This document shows, one piece after another, positions 28,369 through 37,367 of a stretch of 48,467 nucleotides of DNA. Each line of letters begins with the position of its first letter. Positions within the stretch are counted from its first letter, which is position 1. Both the position numbers and the translations under genes were made by a program. Source of the DNA: an uncultured Lentisphaeraceae bacterium. Lineage in GTDB: Bacteria; Verrucomicrobiota; Kiritimatiellia; RFP12; UBA1067. The stretch is taken from contig CAYQUI010000004.1 in the NCBI GenBank assembly GCA_964420685.1, positions 1 through 48,467 of the forward strand. The letters are read 5' to 3'. The notes beneath the pieces are model-generated. The model searched no databases. It was not told the DNA's origin and saw nothing but the letters and a program-made list of their open reading frames with translations.

Positions 28369-29361
28369 ATGAAGAAGCTGATTCCGATTCTCTCGGCCGC
28401 GCTGCTGGCCGGCTGTGTGTGCGACAAGGCGGCGAAGTGTCCCGCGACAAGGTGTGACGGAAACGACCCCGTCATGGGCAACTGGAGCGCGGAACTTCCG
28501 TATGACTCGATGGCGGCGGGAAGCTTCATCTTTTCGCGCAACGCGGACGGCGCGCCGCAGGCGTTCGTCCTCTACCGCTGGGGTTCTCCGGAGTGGGTCA
28601 CGGATCTCAAGGTCTGCGGCTCGCGCTTCTCGTTCACCCATCCGTACGGCTACCGCTACGAGGGGTGCGTGCTGGGCGACAGGATGATTGCGCGCCTCGC
28701 GCCGTGCGACGCGAAGACGGGTTCGCTCAAGGGGGCGTGGCTGCCGTTCACCGGCTGGCGCAACCCCGCGATTTGCGACAGGGTGCGGACGGAGGACGCG
28801 AAGCTCGGCAAGCCGGTCAACCTCCTGAAGGACGGGCTGGACGGCTGGGTCTCGATGAACCCGAAAGCGCCGTTCGGCTGGTCGTACAAGGACGGCGTCC
28901 TCTCGAACAAGCTCGCGCGCAAGCCGGACGGGTCGCCGATCCATGGCGCGAACATCGTCTCGAAGCGCGCCGACTTCTTCGACTTCAACCTCGAGTACGA
29001 CGTGCGCGTGCCGGAGAAGTCGAATTCGGGCGTCTACCTGCGCGGCCGTTTCGAGTGCCAGGTCCTGGACAGCTACGGGCAGCCCGTCGACCGCCACAAC
29101 ATGGCCGCGTACTATGGGCGCGTCGCGCCGTCCGTCGCTGCCGAGAAGAAGCCGGGCGAATGGCAGCATGTCTCCGTCACGATCTACAAGGGCCACATCA
29201 CGACGTGGCTGAACGGCGTGAAGATCATCGACAACGCGAAGCTTGACGGCGTGACGGGCGGCGCGATTGACGCGGATCTCAACAAGGCCGGTCCCATCTA
29301 CCTTCAGGGCGACCATTCAGACGCGGACTACCGGAACATGATCCTGCGTCCGGCGCTTTGA
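28369..29361 (+). CDS. DUF1080 (3-keto-disaccharide hydrolase family) lipoprotein
   Basis: Signal peptide with lipobox LLAGC. The C-terminal jelly-roll signature is NSGVYLRGRFECQVLD...GEWQHVSVTIYKGHITTWLNGVKI...GPIYLQGDHSDADYRNM. Confidence 0.8.
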   Translation: MKKLIPILSAALLAGCVCDKAAKCPATRCDGNDPVMGNWSAELPYDSMAAGSFIFSRNADGAPQAFVLYRWGSPEWVTDLKVCGSRFSFTHPYGYRYEGCVLGDRMIARLAPCDAKTGSLKGAWLPFTGWRNPAICDRVRTEDAKLGKPVNLLKDGLDGWVSMNPKAPFGWSYKDGVLSNKLARKPDGSPIHGANIVSKRADFFDFNLEYDVRVPEKSNSGVYLRGRFECQVLDSYGQPVDRHNMAAYYGRVAPSVAAEKKPGEWQHVSVTIYKGHITTWLNGVKIIDNAKLDGVTGGAIDADLNKAGPIYLQGDHSDADYRNMILRPAL

Positions 29362-29440
29362 GGCCGGTAACCGATTTGGGTTGGAACAAACAACACAAGA
29401 ACCACAAGGCAAACAGAAACAGAGAAAGAAAGGAAAGACA

Positions 29441-31012
29441 ATGACGATCAACACTTCGAGAAGGAATTTCCTGCGTGGCCTCGGCGGCGCGGGCCTTTTC
29501 GCGATCGGCGGCTGCAAGTGCCCGCTCGGTCGCCAGAAGATCAAGCTCGCCGCCGTCGGCGTGCTGGGCAAGGGCTACAGCGACTGGACGCCGATGCTCA
29601 AGTCGGGCTTCGTCGAGATGGTTGCGTTCTGCGACGCGGACTACCTGCAGCGCGAGAAGGCGGCGCAGCGGCTCGCGAAGGACGGCATTGACTTCGACAT
29701 CTACTCCGTCCCGTTCTACACCGACTATCGCAAGCTCCTCGACGACGCGGGTGTTCTCGGCATCGAGGCGATGACGATCTCGACGCCGGACCACGTCCAT
29801 GCGCCGGTCGCGATCGGCGCGATGAAGCAGGGCATCCACGTCTACGTCCAGAAGCCGCTCGTGCGCACCCTGTGGGAACTCGACTACTTCGACAAGACGG
29901 CGAAGGACAACGGCGTCATCGTCCAGATGGGCAACCAGGGCTCGTCGCTCGACTCGATGCGTCGCTGCACGGAGGTCATCCAGAGCGGCATTCTTGGCGA
30001 GGTGAAGGAAGTCCACGTCTGGACGAACCGTGCCGTGTGGCCGCAGGGCAAGGGCGTCGCGGACTACGTGACGAGCCGTGGCGCGAAGGGCGACGACGTG
30101 CGCAACGGGCTTAACTGGGATGCCTGGCTCGCGACGGCGAAGATGCGTCCGTTCCTTGACAAGTATCCGGCCGGCACGAAGGTCTACGATCCGTGGAACC
30201 TCGGCTCGAACGTCTACCACAACTTCACGTGGCGCGGCTTCCACGACTTCGGCGCGGGCGCGTTCGGCGACATGGCGTGCCACACGATGAACCTGCCGTT
30301 CCGTGGCCTCGAGCTCGAGGGCGTTGCGGATGCGGAGTGCATCAAGATCGAGGAGAAGAACGACATCGCCTATCCGTCGAAGTCGGTCGTGAAGCTCACG
30401 TACAAGGCGCGCCAGTCGAAGGTTCGTCCCAACGTCACGCTGCCGGCGGTCACGCTCTTCTGGTACGACGGCTACGACATGGACAAGCCGGGCAAGAGCG
30501 CGATGAAGCCGAGCGCGGAGATCATGCCCAAGGTCATCAAGACCTTCGGCGCGGTTCCGAACACGGGCTGCTACATCATCGGCGACAAGGGCGCCGTCCT
30601 CATGCAGGACGACTACGGCGCGAAGTGCGCGCTCGCGTTGACGGACGAGGAGAAGTTCGTCGACATCTTCCAGCACGAGAAGGCGAAGTGCGTCGCGCGC
30701 TCGATTCCGTTCTGCGCGGGCTCGGAGGCCGTGGCGGGCGGTTCGACCGTCGAGATGAAGGGCTTTGCGGAAGGCCACTACGGCGAGTTCGTCAACGCCA
30801 TTCGCGGTGTCGGCCCCTGGTACGAGCAGACGCATTCGCGTTGCTTCTCCGACGTCGAGTACTGCATCCCGCAGATGGAGGGCATCCTCGTCGGCTGCGT
30901 CGCGCAGCAGGTCGCGGGCAAGCTCACCTGGGATTCGGCGACGCAGAGCTTCGACAACGCGCAGGCCAACGCCCTCGTCAAGCCCTTCATCCGCAAGGGC
31001 TGGGAGTTCTAA
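29441..31012 (+). CDS. Tat-exported Gfo/Idh/MocA-family oxidoreductase (probable lipoprotein)
   Basis: Twin-arginine signal SRRNFLRGLGGAGLFAIGGC, a Rossmann segment KLAAVGVLGKGYSDW, and ISTPDHVHAPVAIGAMKQGIHVYVQKPL. Start moved to ATG 29441. Confidence 0.85.
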   Translation: MTINTSRRNFLRGLGGAGLFAIGGCKCPLGRQKIKLAAVGVLGKGYSDWTPMLKSGFVEMVAFCDADYLQREKAAQRLAKDGIDFDIYSVPFYTDYRKLLDDAGVLGIEAMTISTPDHVHAPVAIGAMKQGIHVYVQKPLVRTLWELDYFDKTAKDNGVIVQMGNQGSSLDSMRRCTEVIQSGILGEVKEVHVWTNRAVWPQGKGVADYVTSRGAKGDDVRNGLNWDAWLATAKMRPFLDKYPAGTKVYDPWNLGSNVYHNFTWRGFHDFGAGAFGDMACHTMNLPFRGLELEGVADAECIKIEEKNDIAYPSKSVVKLTYKARQSKVRPNVTLPAVTLFWYDGYDMDKPGKSAMKPSAEIMPKVIKTFGAVPNTGCYIIGDKGAVLMQDDYGAKCALALTDEEKFVDIFQHEKAKCVARSIPFCAGSEAVAGGSTVEMKGFAEGHYGEFVNAIRGVGPWYEQTHSRCFSDVEYCIPQMEGILVGCVAQQVAGKLTWDSATQSFDNAQANALVKPFIRKGWEF

Positions 31013-31045
31013 AAAATAATCGAACAATCAAAAGGAAAACAGATA

Positions 31046-32050
31046 ATGAACGTTTCCAGAAGACAGTTCTTCGGATTCCTCGGGACGGGTGCCGCGGCGG
31101 CGGCGCTTCCCGGTTGCATTTGCCCGCCGCCGAAGTGCGGGCCGAAGCCGCAGAAGATCGCGCTCCAGCTCTATTCCCTGCACCGCTACATCGGCGGCGT
31201 CAAGGACAAGGACGGCAAGGTCACGCTCGCGGGCGTCGGCCTCGACAAGGCCCTTGAGAACGTCGCGGCCATTGGCTTCACCGGCGTCGAGTTCGCGGGC
31301 TACTACCAGTACGGGAGCGATCCGCGCGGGCTGCGCAAGGCCCTCGCGAACGCGGGTCTCAAGGCGTGCGGCACGCACGTGGACACGCGGGCCTACGGTC
31401 TCGACACGAAAAAGTGGACGTACGACCCCGAGGTGCTGAAGCGCACGTGCGACTTCAACATGTCCTACGGCAACAACCTCATCATCTGCCCCGGCGGCGG
31501 CAACTTCCCGCCCGGATGCAAGTGGTCGGTTGGCCAGGGCGGCGAGACCTGCACGCCCTCGCAGGCGATCGACGACTTCACGAAGAAGCTCGCGGAGTAC
31601 TACAACAAGGTCGCGGCGGATGCGGCGAAGCTCGGTTGCCGCGTCGGTCTCCACAACCACACGTGGGAGCACGCGATCTTCATGCAGGACGGCACGTCCT
31701 ACTGGGACTACTTCTTCTCGAACACCTGCGCGAACGTCTGCATTGAGCAGGACGTCGGCTGGTCGACCTGCGCGGGCGTCGATCCGTGCGAGACGTACAA
31801 GAAGTATCCGCACCGTTCGCCGACGCTCCACGCCAAGGAGAACGGCATGGGCAAGGGCGTGAAGAAGTTCGACGCGATCCTCGGCAAGCCGGGCGAGCCG
31901 GGCGCGAAGCCGGTCGAGTGGGACCGCATCATCGACGCGACGGCGAAGGACGGCGTCGAGTGGTTCGTCGTCGAGTGCGAGCGCCACTTCGAGGATCTGT
32001 CGGCGGTTCTGCCGTCCTACAACTTCCTCAAGGCGAAGGGCCTTCGCTAA
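31046..32050 (+). CDS. Tat-exported xylose-isomerase-like TIM-barrel protein (sugar phosphate isomerase/epimerase family; probable lipoprotein)
   Basis: Twin-arginine signal SRRQFFGFLGTGAAAAALPGC. This is followed by IALQLYSL...GFTGVEFAGY...GLHNHTWE, which is typical of the AP-endonuclease-2/xylose isomerase-like fold. Confidence 0.8.
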   Translation: MNVSRRQFFGFLGTGAAAAALPGCICPPPKCGPKPQKIALQLYSLHRYIGGVKDKDGKVTLAGVGLDKALENVAAIGFTGVEFAGYYQYGSDPRGLRKALANAGLKACGTHVDTRAYGLDTKKWTYDPEVLKRTCDFNMSYGNNLIICPGGGNFPPGCKWSVGQGGETCTPSQAIDDFTKKLAEYYNKVAADAAKLGCRVGLHNHTWEHAIFMQDGTSYWDYFFSNTCANVCIEQDVGWSTCAGVDPCETYKKYPHRSPTLHAKENGMGKGVKKFDAILGKPGEPGAKPVEWDRIIDATAKDGVEWFVVECERHFEDLSAVLPSYNFLKAKGLR

Positions 32051-32722
32051 ATGATCGAGACGCTCGCGGCTCATCTGGACGCCTGTGCGGCGTTGGCGCC
32101 GACGTGGGGGCTTCTGCTCGTCTTCGTCTTCATGGCGATCGAGTCGTCGTTCATCCCGTTTCCGTCGGAGGTCGTGATGATTCCCGCGGGCTTTCTCGCC
32201 GCGCGCGGCGAGCTGGGGTGCGGAACCCCGCTCGCCGCCGTCACGCTGGCGTTCCTCGCCGGCGTCCTCGGCTCCCTTGCAGGGGCCTATGTGAACTATT
32301 TTCTTGCGCTGTGGGTCGGCAAGCCTTTTCTCGAAAAGTACGGGAAGTGGTTCTTCCTCAAGCCGGCCGCGCTGGATCGGGCCTGTGCGGTCTTTAACCG
32401 CTATGGCGCGGCGACGATGTTCGTCTGTCGCATGATTCCGGCCATTCGCCAGCTGATTTCCATTCCGGCGGGCATTGCGCGAATGCCCTTGGGGCCCTTT
32501 ACGCTCTTTACCGCGCTGGGCGCGGGCGTCTGGACGGCCGTCCTGACGTTTGTCGGCTGGGTCATCGGCCGCTCGACGGCCAATATCTCCTATCTGGATC
32601 TCTGTCTCAAAGGCCAGACCATGGCGGCGGACAACCTGCCGCTCGTCCTTGGCGTCGCCGTTGCGCTCGTCGGACTCTATTTCATTACCACGAAATTCGT
32701 CATGAAAGGAAACACGAAATGA
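32051..32722 (+). CDS. dedA: DedA-family (SNARE-associated) membrane protein
   Basis: ESSFIPFPSEVVMIPAG motif and a polytopic profile. The ATG abuts the preceding stop. Confidence 0.8.
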   Translation: MIETLAAHLDACAALAPTWGLLLVFVFMAIESSFIPFPSEVVMIPAGFLAARGELGCGTPLAAVTLAFLAGVLGSLAGAYVNYFLALWVGKPFLEKYGKWFFLKPAALDRACAVFNRYGAATMFVCRMIPAIRQLISIPAGIARMPLGPFTLFTALGAGVWTAVLTFVGWVIGRSTANISYLDLCLKGQTMAADNLPLVLGVAVALVGLYFITTKFVMKGNTK

Positions 32723-34098
32723 CTCTCTCATTGCTACTCCTCTCGGCCGTCGGCGTTCTCACGCAGGGCGAATTCACCGTGCGCCCGAACGACTGCCCCA
32801 AGTGTCCGTACCGTATGCGCATCGCGCCGGACGCCAAGACGGCGTTCGTGAACACGGCGAAGGTCTCCGAAAAGGACTTCCCGGCGATGGCGAAGCGCGC
32901 GTTCTCCCTCATGGCCAAGGCGGCGGACACGAAGAAGGGCGGCGACCAGCGTCCGCTCATGGGCTGGTCGAGCTGGAACACCTTTTCCGTCGACATCTCC
33001 GAGTCGATCATCTGCTCGGTCGCGGAGGCGATGGCGACGAACGGACTCAAGGCCGCCGGCTACACCTACGTCAACATTGACGACGGCTTCTTTGGCGGGC
33101 GCGACAAGAACGGCAAGCTTCTCATCCATCCGACGCGCTTCCCGAATGGGCTCAAGCCCGTCGTCGATCGCATCCACGCGCTCGGCATGAAGGCCGGCAT
33201 CTACTCCGACGCGGGCTCTGACACATGCGGCAGCATGTGGAACAACGATCCGCTCGGCGCCGGCTCGGGCCTGTACGGCCACGACGTCGAGGACTGCCGC
33301 TTCTTCTTCGGCGAAATGGACTTCGACTTCATCAAGGTCGACTACTGCGGCGGAGGCAAGCTCAGGCTCGACGAGCAGGAGCGCTACACGGCGATTCGTC
33401 GCGCGATTGACGTCTCGGGCAAGAAGGGCGTGCGGATGAACATCTGCCGCTGGACGTTCCCCGGCGAGTGGGCGGCGGGCGTCGCCGAGTCCTGGCGCAC
33501 GACGCGCGACATCCGCGCGAACTGGAAGAGCGTGAAGGACATCATCGACGAGAACATTCCGCTTTCGGACTTCATGAGCCTCGGGCACTACAATGACATG
33601 GACATGCTGGAGGTCGGCCAGATCGTCGGGAAGTTGAAGACGGCCTTCGGCGCGGAGGGCGACACGGGCCTTACCCGCCTGGAGGAACAGACGCACTTCG
33701 GCATGTGGTGCATGCTGTCCTCGCCGCTTCTCATCGGCTGCGACGTCCGCACGATGGACGATCAGACCCGTGCGCTCGTGACGAATCCGTTCCTCCTCGG
33801 CATGAACCAGAACGACCTTGCCGCGCCCGTGCGGACGGTTCTTCGCATCGGGGACACCTACGTGCTCATCAAGGACTGCGATTCGATCGGCGGCACGGCG
33901 CGCTACCTGACGCTCTACAACGGCGGCGAGAAGGGGCACGACTTCTATATTGACTCCTGCAAGCTGGATCTTGCCGGCAAGATTGCGATCTTCGATCTCG
34001 TGGAGCGCGCGGACCTCGGCCTGTTCGACCGCATCCCCTTCCATGTGCCCGCTCACGGCGCGCGTTTCTTCCGGCTGGACGCCGAGCGTCGCCGCTGA
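32719..34098 (+). CDS. Secreted GH27 alpha-galactosidase / alpha-N-acetylgalactosaminidase-like glycoside hydrolase
   Basis: Signal peptide, then PLMGWSSWNTF, YVNIDDGFF and DFIKVDYCGG (nucleophile region). The start overlaps the dedA stop (ATGA). Confidence 0.85.
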   Translation: MTLSLLLLSAVGVLTQGEFTVRPNDCPKCPYRMRIAPDAKTAFVNTAKVSEKDFPAMAKRAFSLMAKAADTKKGGDQRPLMGWSSWNTFSVDISESIICSVAEAMATNGLKAAGYTYVNIDDGFFGGRDKNGKLLIHPTRFPNGLKPVVDRIHALGMKAGIYSDAGSDTCGSMWNNDPLGAGSGLYGHDVEDCRFFFGEMDFDFIKVDYCGGGKLRLDEQERYTAIRRAIDVSGKKGVRMNICRWTFPGEWAAGVAESWRTTRDIRANWKSVKDIIDENIPLSDFMSLGHYNDMDMLEVGQIVGKLKTAFGAEGDTGLTRLEEQTHFGMWCMLSSPLLIGCDVRTMDDQTRALVTNPFLLGMNQNDLAAPVRTVLRIGDTYVLIKDCDSIGGTARYLTLYNGGEKGHDFYIDSCKLDLAGKIAIFDLVERADLGLFDRIPFHVPAHGARFFRLDAERRR

Positions 34099-34100
34099 AG

Positions 34101-34985
34101 ATGCTTCTGGAGGTCGAGAGCCTGCGCATCGCCTTTCGACGGGGAGGGCGGCTCTCAGTTCCCGTGCGCGGCGTCTCGTTCGCGATTCCCGCGAACGCGC
34201 GCGTCGCGCTCGTCGGCGAGTCGGGCTGCGGCAAGTCGCTGACGGCGCAAGCCCTTGGCGGACTCGTCGATCGGGCGGAGATTTCGGGGCGGATCGTCGG
34301 CTCGCCCCGTCTCGCCTACGTCTTCCAGAATCCGATGCAGTCGCTCAATCCCGTCCTGCGCGTTGGACGGCAGATAGCGGAGGGAATTCGACCTCGGCCA
34401 CGCGGCGCGGCCCTCGATGCGCGGCTGGACGACCTGCTTGCGTCCGTTGACCTGCCGGCGGGAACGGCGCGCAAGTATCCGTGCGAACTGTCGGGCGGAC
34501 AGCAGCAACGCGTGATGATCGCGATGGCGTTGGCGCAGGAGCCCGACCTCCTCATTGCCGACGAGCCGACGACTGCGCTGGACGTGACGACCCAGCGCGA
34601 CGTTCTTGATTTGATCGCGCGTGTCGCGGACGCACGAAAGATGTCCGTTCTCCTCATTACGCATAACTTGGGGCTTGTCGCGCGCTACGCCACGTTCGTG
34701 CACGTGATGTACGCGGGCGAGATCGTCGAGCGGGGGCCTGTCCCCGAAGTCCTTTCACACCCGCGCCATCCCTACACGCAGGGCTTGCTTGCGGCGGTTC
34801 CGCGCCTTGACGCGCCGAAGGACGCGCCGCTTGCGGACATTCCGGGGACAGTCCCCCCGCCCTGGGCCTGGCCGAGCGGCTGCGCGTTCCACCCGCGCTG
34901 TCCGAAGGCGCGCCCCGTCTGCGCGCAGTCGAATGAACCCTGCGCTGCCGCGTGGCGTTCAAATGGGAAAAAGGCCGTCGGCTAG
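34101..34985 (+). CDS. ABC transporter ATP-binding protein of the OppD/DppD (oligopeptide-type) subfamily
   Basis: Walker A GESGCGKS, Q-loop FQNPMQSLNP, signature LSGGQQQRV, Walker B LLIADEPTTALD, and the C-terminal oligo_HPY tail HPRHPYTQGLL...CAFHPRCPKARPVC. Confidence 0.85.
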   Translation: MLLEVESLRIAFRRGGRLSVPVRGVSFAIPANARVALVGESGCGKSLTAQALGGLVDRAEISGRIVGSPRLAYVFQNPMQSLNPVLRVGRQIAEGIRPRPRGAALDARLDDLLASVDLPAGTARKYPCELSGGQQQRVMIAMALAQEPDLLIADEPTTALDVTTQRDVLDLIARVADARKMSVLLITHNLGLVARYATFVHVMYAGEIVERGPVPEVLSHPRHPYTQGLLAAVPRLDAPKDAPLADIPGTVPPPWAWPSGCAFHPRCPKARPVCAQSNEPCAAAWRSNGKKAVG

Positions 34986-35000
34986 GGAAGGGCGAAAAAC

Positions 35001-37343
35001 ATGATCTTCAAGTTGATGCTGAAAGGTTTGCGGCGCGGGAAGGCTCGATTTGCGTGCGCGGTCGCCGGAATCTCCGTCGCCGTGGGTGCATTGGTCTTCA
35101 TGACGTCGCTCGTCGCGACGAACAACGCGCAGGCCCCGCGCCTGGCCGAGACCGCCTGCGCCCCGTGGGCCGCCTGGCGGACAGAGGGATTGAACCTGGA
35201 TCGTCGGCGCGGAAAGGGGATGCCGCCGGCCGCCGCAAAGGCCGTCGCGCCGTTGCCGTCGGGGGTGCGTCCCGATGTCCGGCTTCGGGCGGCCAGCTTC
35301 ACGCTGGACTACCGTCCGGGCGGGCGCGTCCTGCAAGGCCCGCCGATGCGCGTTCTCCTGTCCGACGCCCCCGCGTCGAACGTCTACGCGAACGTGTCGT
35401 TGGCCGAGGGACGCTGGGCGGACGCGCGCGCCGCCGCGCCGGAGGTCGTCTGCGTTCGGTCGGCCCTGCGGCGGTTCGGTCGCCTGCCGGAGCCGCCGCT
35501 CGGCTCGTCGCTCAAGTTCGTCGGGCAGAACGGCACGATGACGGCGACGGTCGTGGGCTATCTCGACGGCGGTCGCCTGCCGCGCGAGTTTCCGACCGTC
35601 TTCGCGAATCCGGCGGCGTTCGCCGCGCTGGCTACCGAACGCTGGGGCGCGGTCGCGTTCTTCCGGACGCGGCCCACGATGTCGGTGGACGGTCTTCTCA
35701 CGCCCGCGTCCGACCGCGTCGTCGCGTCGTTCAAGGCGGACGAGCAGAAGCACATGGACTACGTCACGCCGCTCCTGCTGGCCGCCGCGTTCCTGACGGC
35801 GCTGTCGCTTCTCGTCAATTCGCTTGTCCTGTCCGTCGAAGCCAATCGCACGACGCTTGCGACGCTCCGCATGGTCGGCCTCACGCGAACGGGTGTCGTC
35901 GCGTTTGTCGCCTGCGAATCCCTGTTCGCCGGGCTGGTCGGCTGGCTTGTCGGCGTGGTTGGCGCGCTTGCGGCCCTTGTCGTCTACGTCACGTGCGACG
36001 CGACGGCGTTTCCCGTCGGGCCGGCAATCGATCTCGGGCGCATCCGCCTCACGCTTGCCGTCCTGCCGCTCGTCATTGTCTTGGCCGTCCTGTTCGCCTT
36101 GGCCCCGGCCCTTCGGGTGCGCGCGCTCGACTCCGCCTCGCGCCGTCCACGCGGTCGCCGCGTCGGCATGGCCATTACCTTCGCGTGCGGGTTCGCCGCA
36201 TTCGTCGCCGTCGAGGTCTGGGGTGCGTCGCTCATGCGCGCGTTCATTCCCTCTCCCGAATGGCCGGACGCGATCGTCTCGCTTCTGCCGGGCGGCGTGT
36301 CGAGCTGGGACGTCGAGAGGCTGCGCGACGTCGAGGGGGTGGCGCGCGTCTCCGAACTCGTGCCGCGCCAGTTGCCGTTCGCGGCCGAGGGTGGTCCGAA
36401 CGCGCTCTTCCTCGCGGCGGAGTTCCTGCCGCGCTTCCGCTTCGTCGAGGGTTCGTGGGACGAGGCGGACGCCGCATTGCGCGCGAGCGATGCCGTCGTC
36501 ATCACGCGGATGATGTCCGATGCGCGAAACCTGCATCGCGGCGACGCGCTGACGGTCTGGCAGCCGGGACGGCGCGGCGCGCCGCCGACCAAGCTGACGT
36601 TCCCGATTGCGGGCGTCGTCGACCTCAACTGGCATATGGTGACGAGCCGTGGCCTCGTGCGAGGCCTGAACGGTGCCTCCGGATGGACGGACGGGCCGGT
36701 CTTCTGCTCGCTCGACACGATGGGCGTCGTCGATCCCCGGACGTATCTGGTCGAGCCAGCGTTCTCCGCGCCGATGACGCATCTTTGGGTCGATTACGAT
36801 CCGGCGTTCCTGGCGCGGCACGGCGTCTTCGCGGCGGGGCGGTTCGTCGAGGCCGCGATCGCGAAGCGGCTGGGCAATCCCGTCACGGCGACCGTGCGTC
36901 TCCATGCACGTGACGAGATTGCGGACGGCACGTTGGCGCATGGCGACGACGTCATCGGGCAGGTCGCGCGCGTACCGTTCGTCTTCCTGTCGATTCTCGC
37001 GATTGGCTTCGTCGCGATGCTGGTCGCCGAGGCGGACGCGCGGCGGCGTGAGCTAGCCGTTTTGCGCGCGGTCGGCGCGACGCGGGGGCAGCTCGCGGCG
37101 CGGCTCGCGCGCGCCGCCCTCAAGACGGCGGCCTTCGGCATTGTGACGGGGTTGCCGATCGGTGCGCTTGTCGGCTGGCTCTTCACGTTCAAGACGGGGT
37201 CCGTCTGGCCGGGGCTGCCGCACTATTTCGTCCTTCCGTGGCGGCTCGTCGTCGAAGGGGCCGTGGGCGCGCTCGCCTTTGCGCTCGTCTTCGCGGTGCC
37301 GACGGCGTTGGTTCTCGTCGGACGCACGACACGGCGGCGGTAG
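35001..37343 (+). CDS. Duplicated FtsX-domain ABC permease (MacB/LolE-like, 780 aa)
   Basis: N-terminus MIFKLMLKGLRRGKARF + TM. There are two repeats of the pattern TM, large extracytoplasmic domain, three-TM FtsX module. The second FtsX module lies at ~37000-37340. Confidence 0.75.
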   Translation: MIFKLMLKGLRRGKARFACAVAGISVAVGALVFMTSLVATNNAQAPRLAETACAPWAAWRTEGLNLDRRRGKGMPPAAAKAVAPLPSGVRPDVRLRAASFTLDYRPGGRVLQGPPMRVLLSDAPASNVYANVSLAEGRWADARAAAPEVVCVRSALRRFGRLPEPPLGSSLKFVGQNGTMTATVVGYLDGGRLPREFPTVFANPAAFAALATERWGAVAFFRTRPTMSVDGLLTPASDRVVASFKADEQKHMDYVTPLLLAAAFLTALSLLVNSLVLSVEANRTTLATLRMVGLTRTGVVAFVACESLFAGLVGWLVGVVGALAALVVYVTCDATAFPVGPAIDLGRIRLTLAVLPLVIVLAVLFALAPALRVRALDSASRRPRGRRVGMAITFACGFAAFVAVEVWGASLMRAFIPSPEWPDAIVSLLPGGVSSWDVERLRDVEGVARVSELVPRQLPFAAEGGPNALFLAAEFLPRFRFVEGSWDEADAALRASDAVVITRMMSDARNLHRGDALTVWQPGRRGAPPTKLTFPIAGVVDLNWHMVTSRGLVRGLNGASGWTDGPVFCSLDTMGVVDPRTYLVEPAFSAPMTHLWVDYDPAFLARHGVFAAGRFVEAAIAKRLGNPVTATVRLHARDEIADGTLAHGDDVIGQVARVPFVFLSILAIGFVAMLVAEADARRRELAVLRAVGATRGQLAARLARAALKTAAFGIVTGLPIGALVGWLFTFKTGSVWPGLPHYFVLPWRLVVEGAVGALAFALVFAVPTALVLVGRTTRRR

Positions 37344-37367
37344 GACACGGAGAACGGGCGGCTTTTG

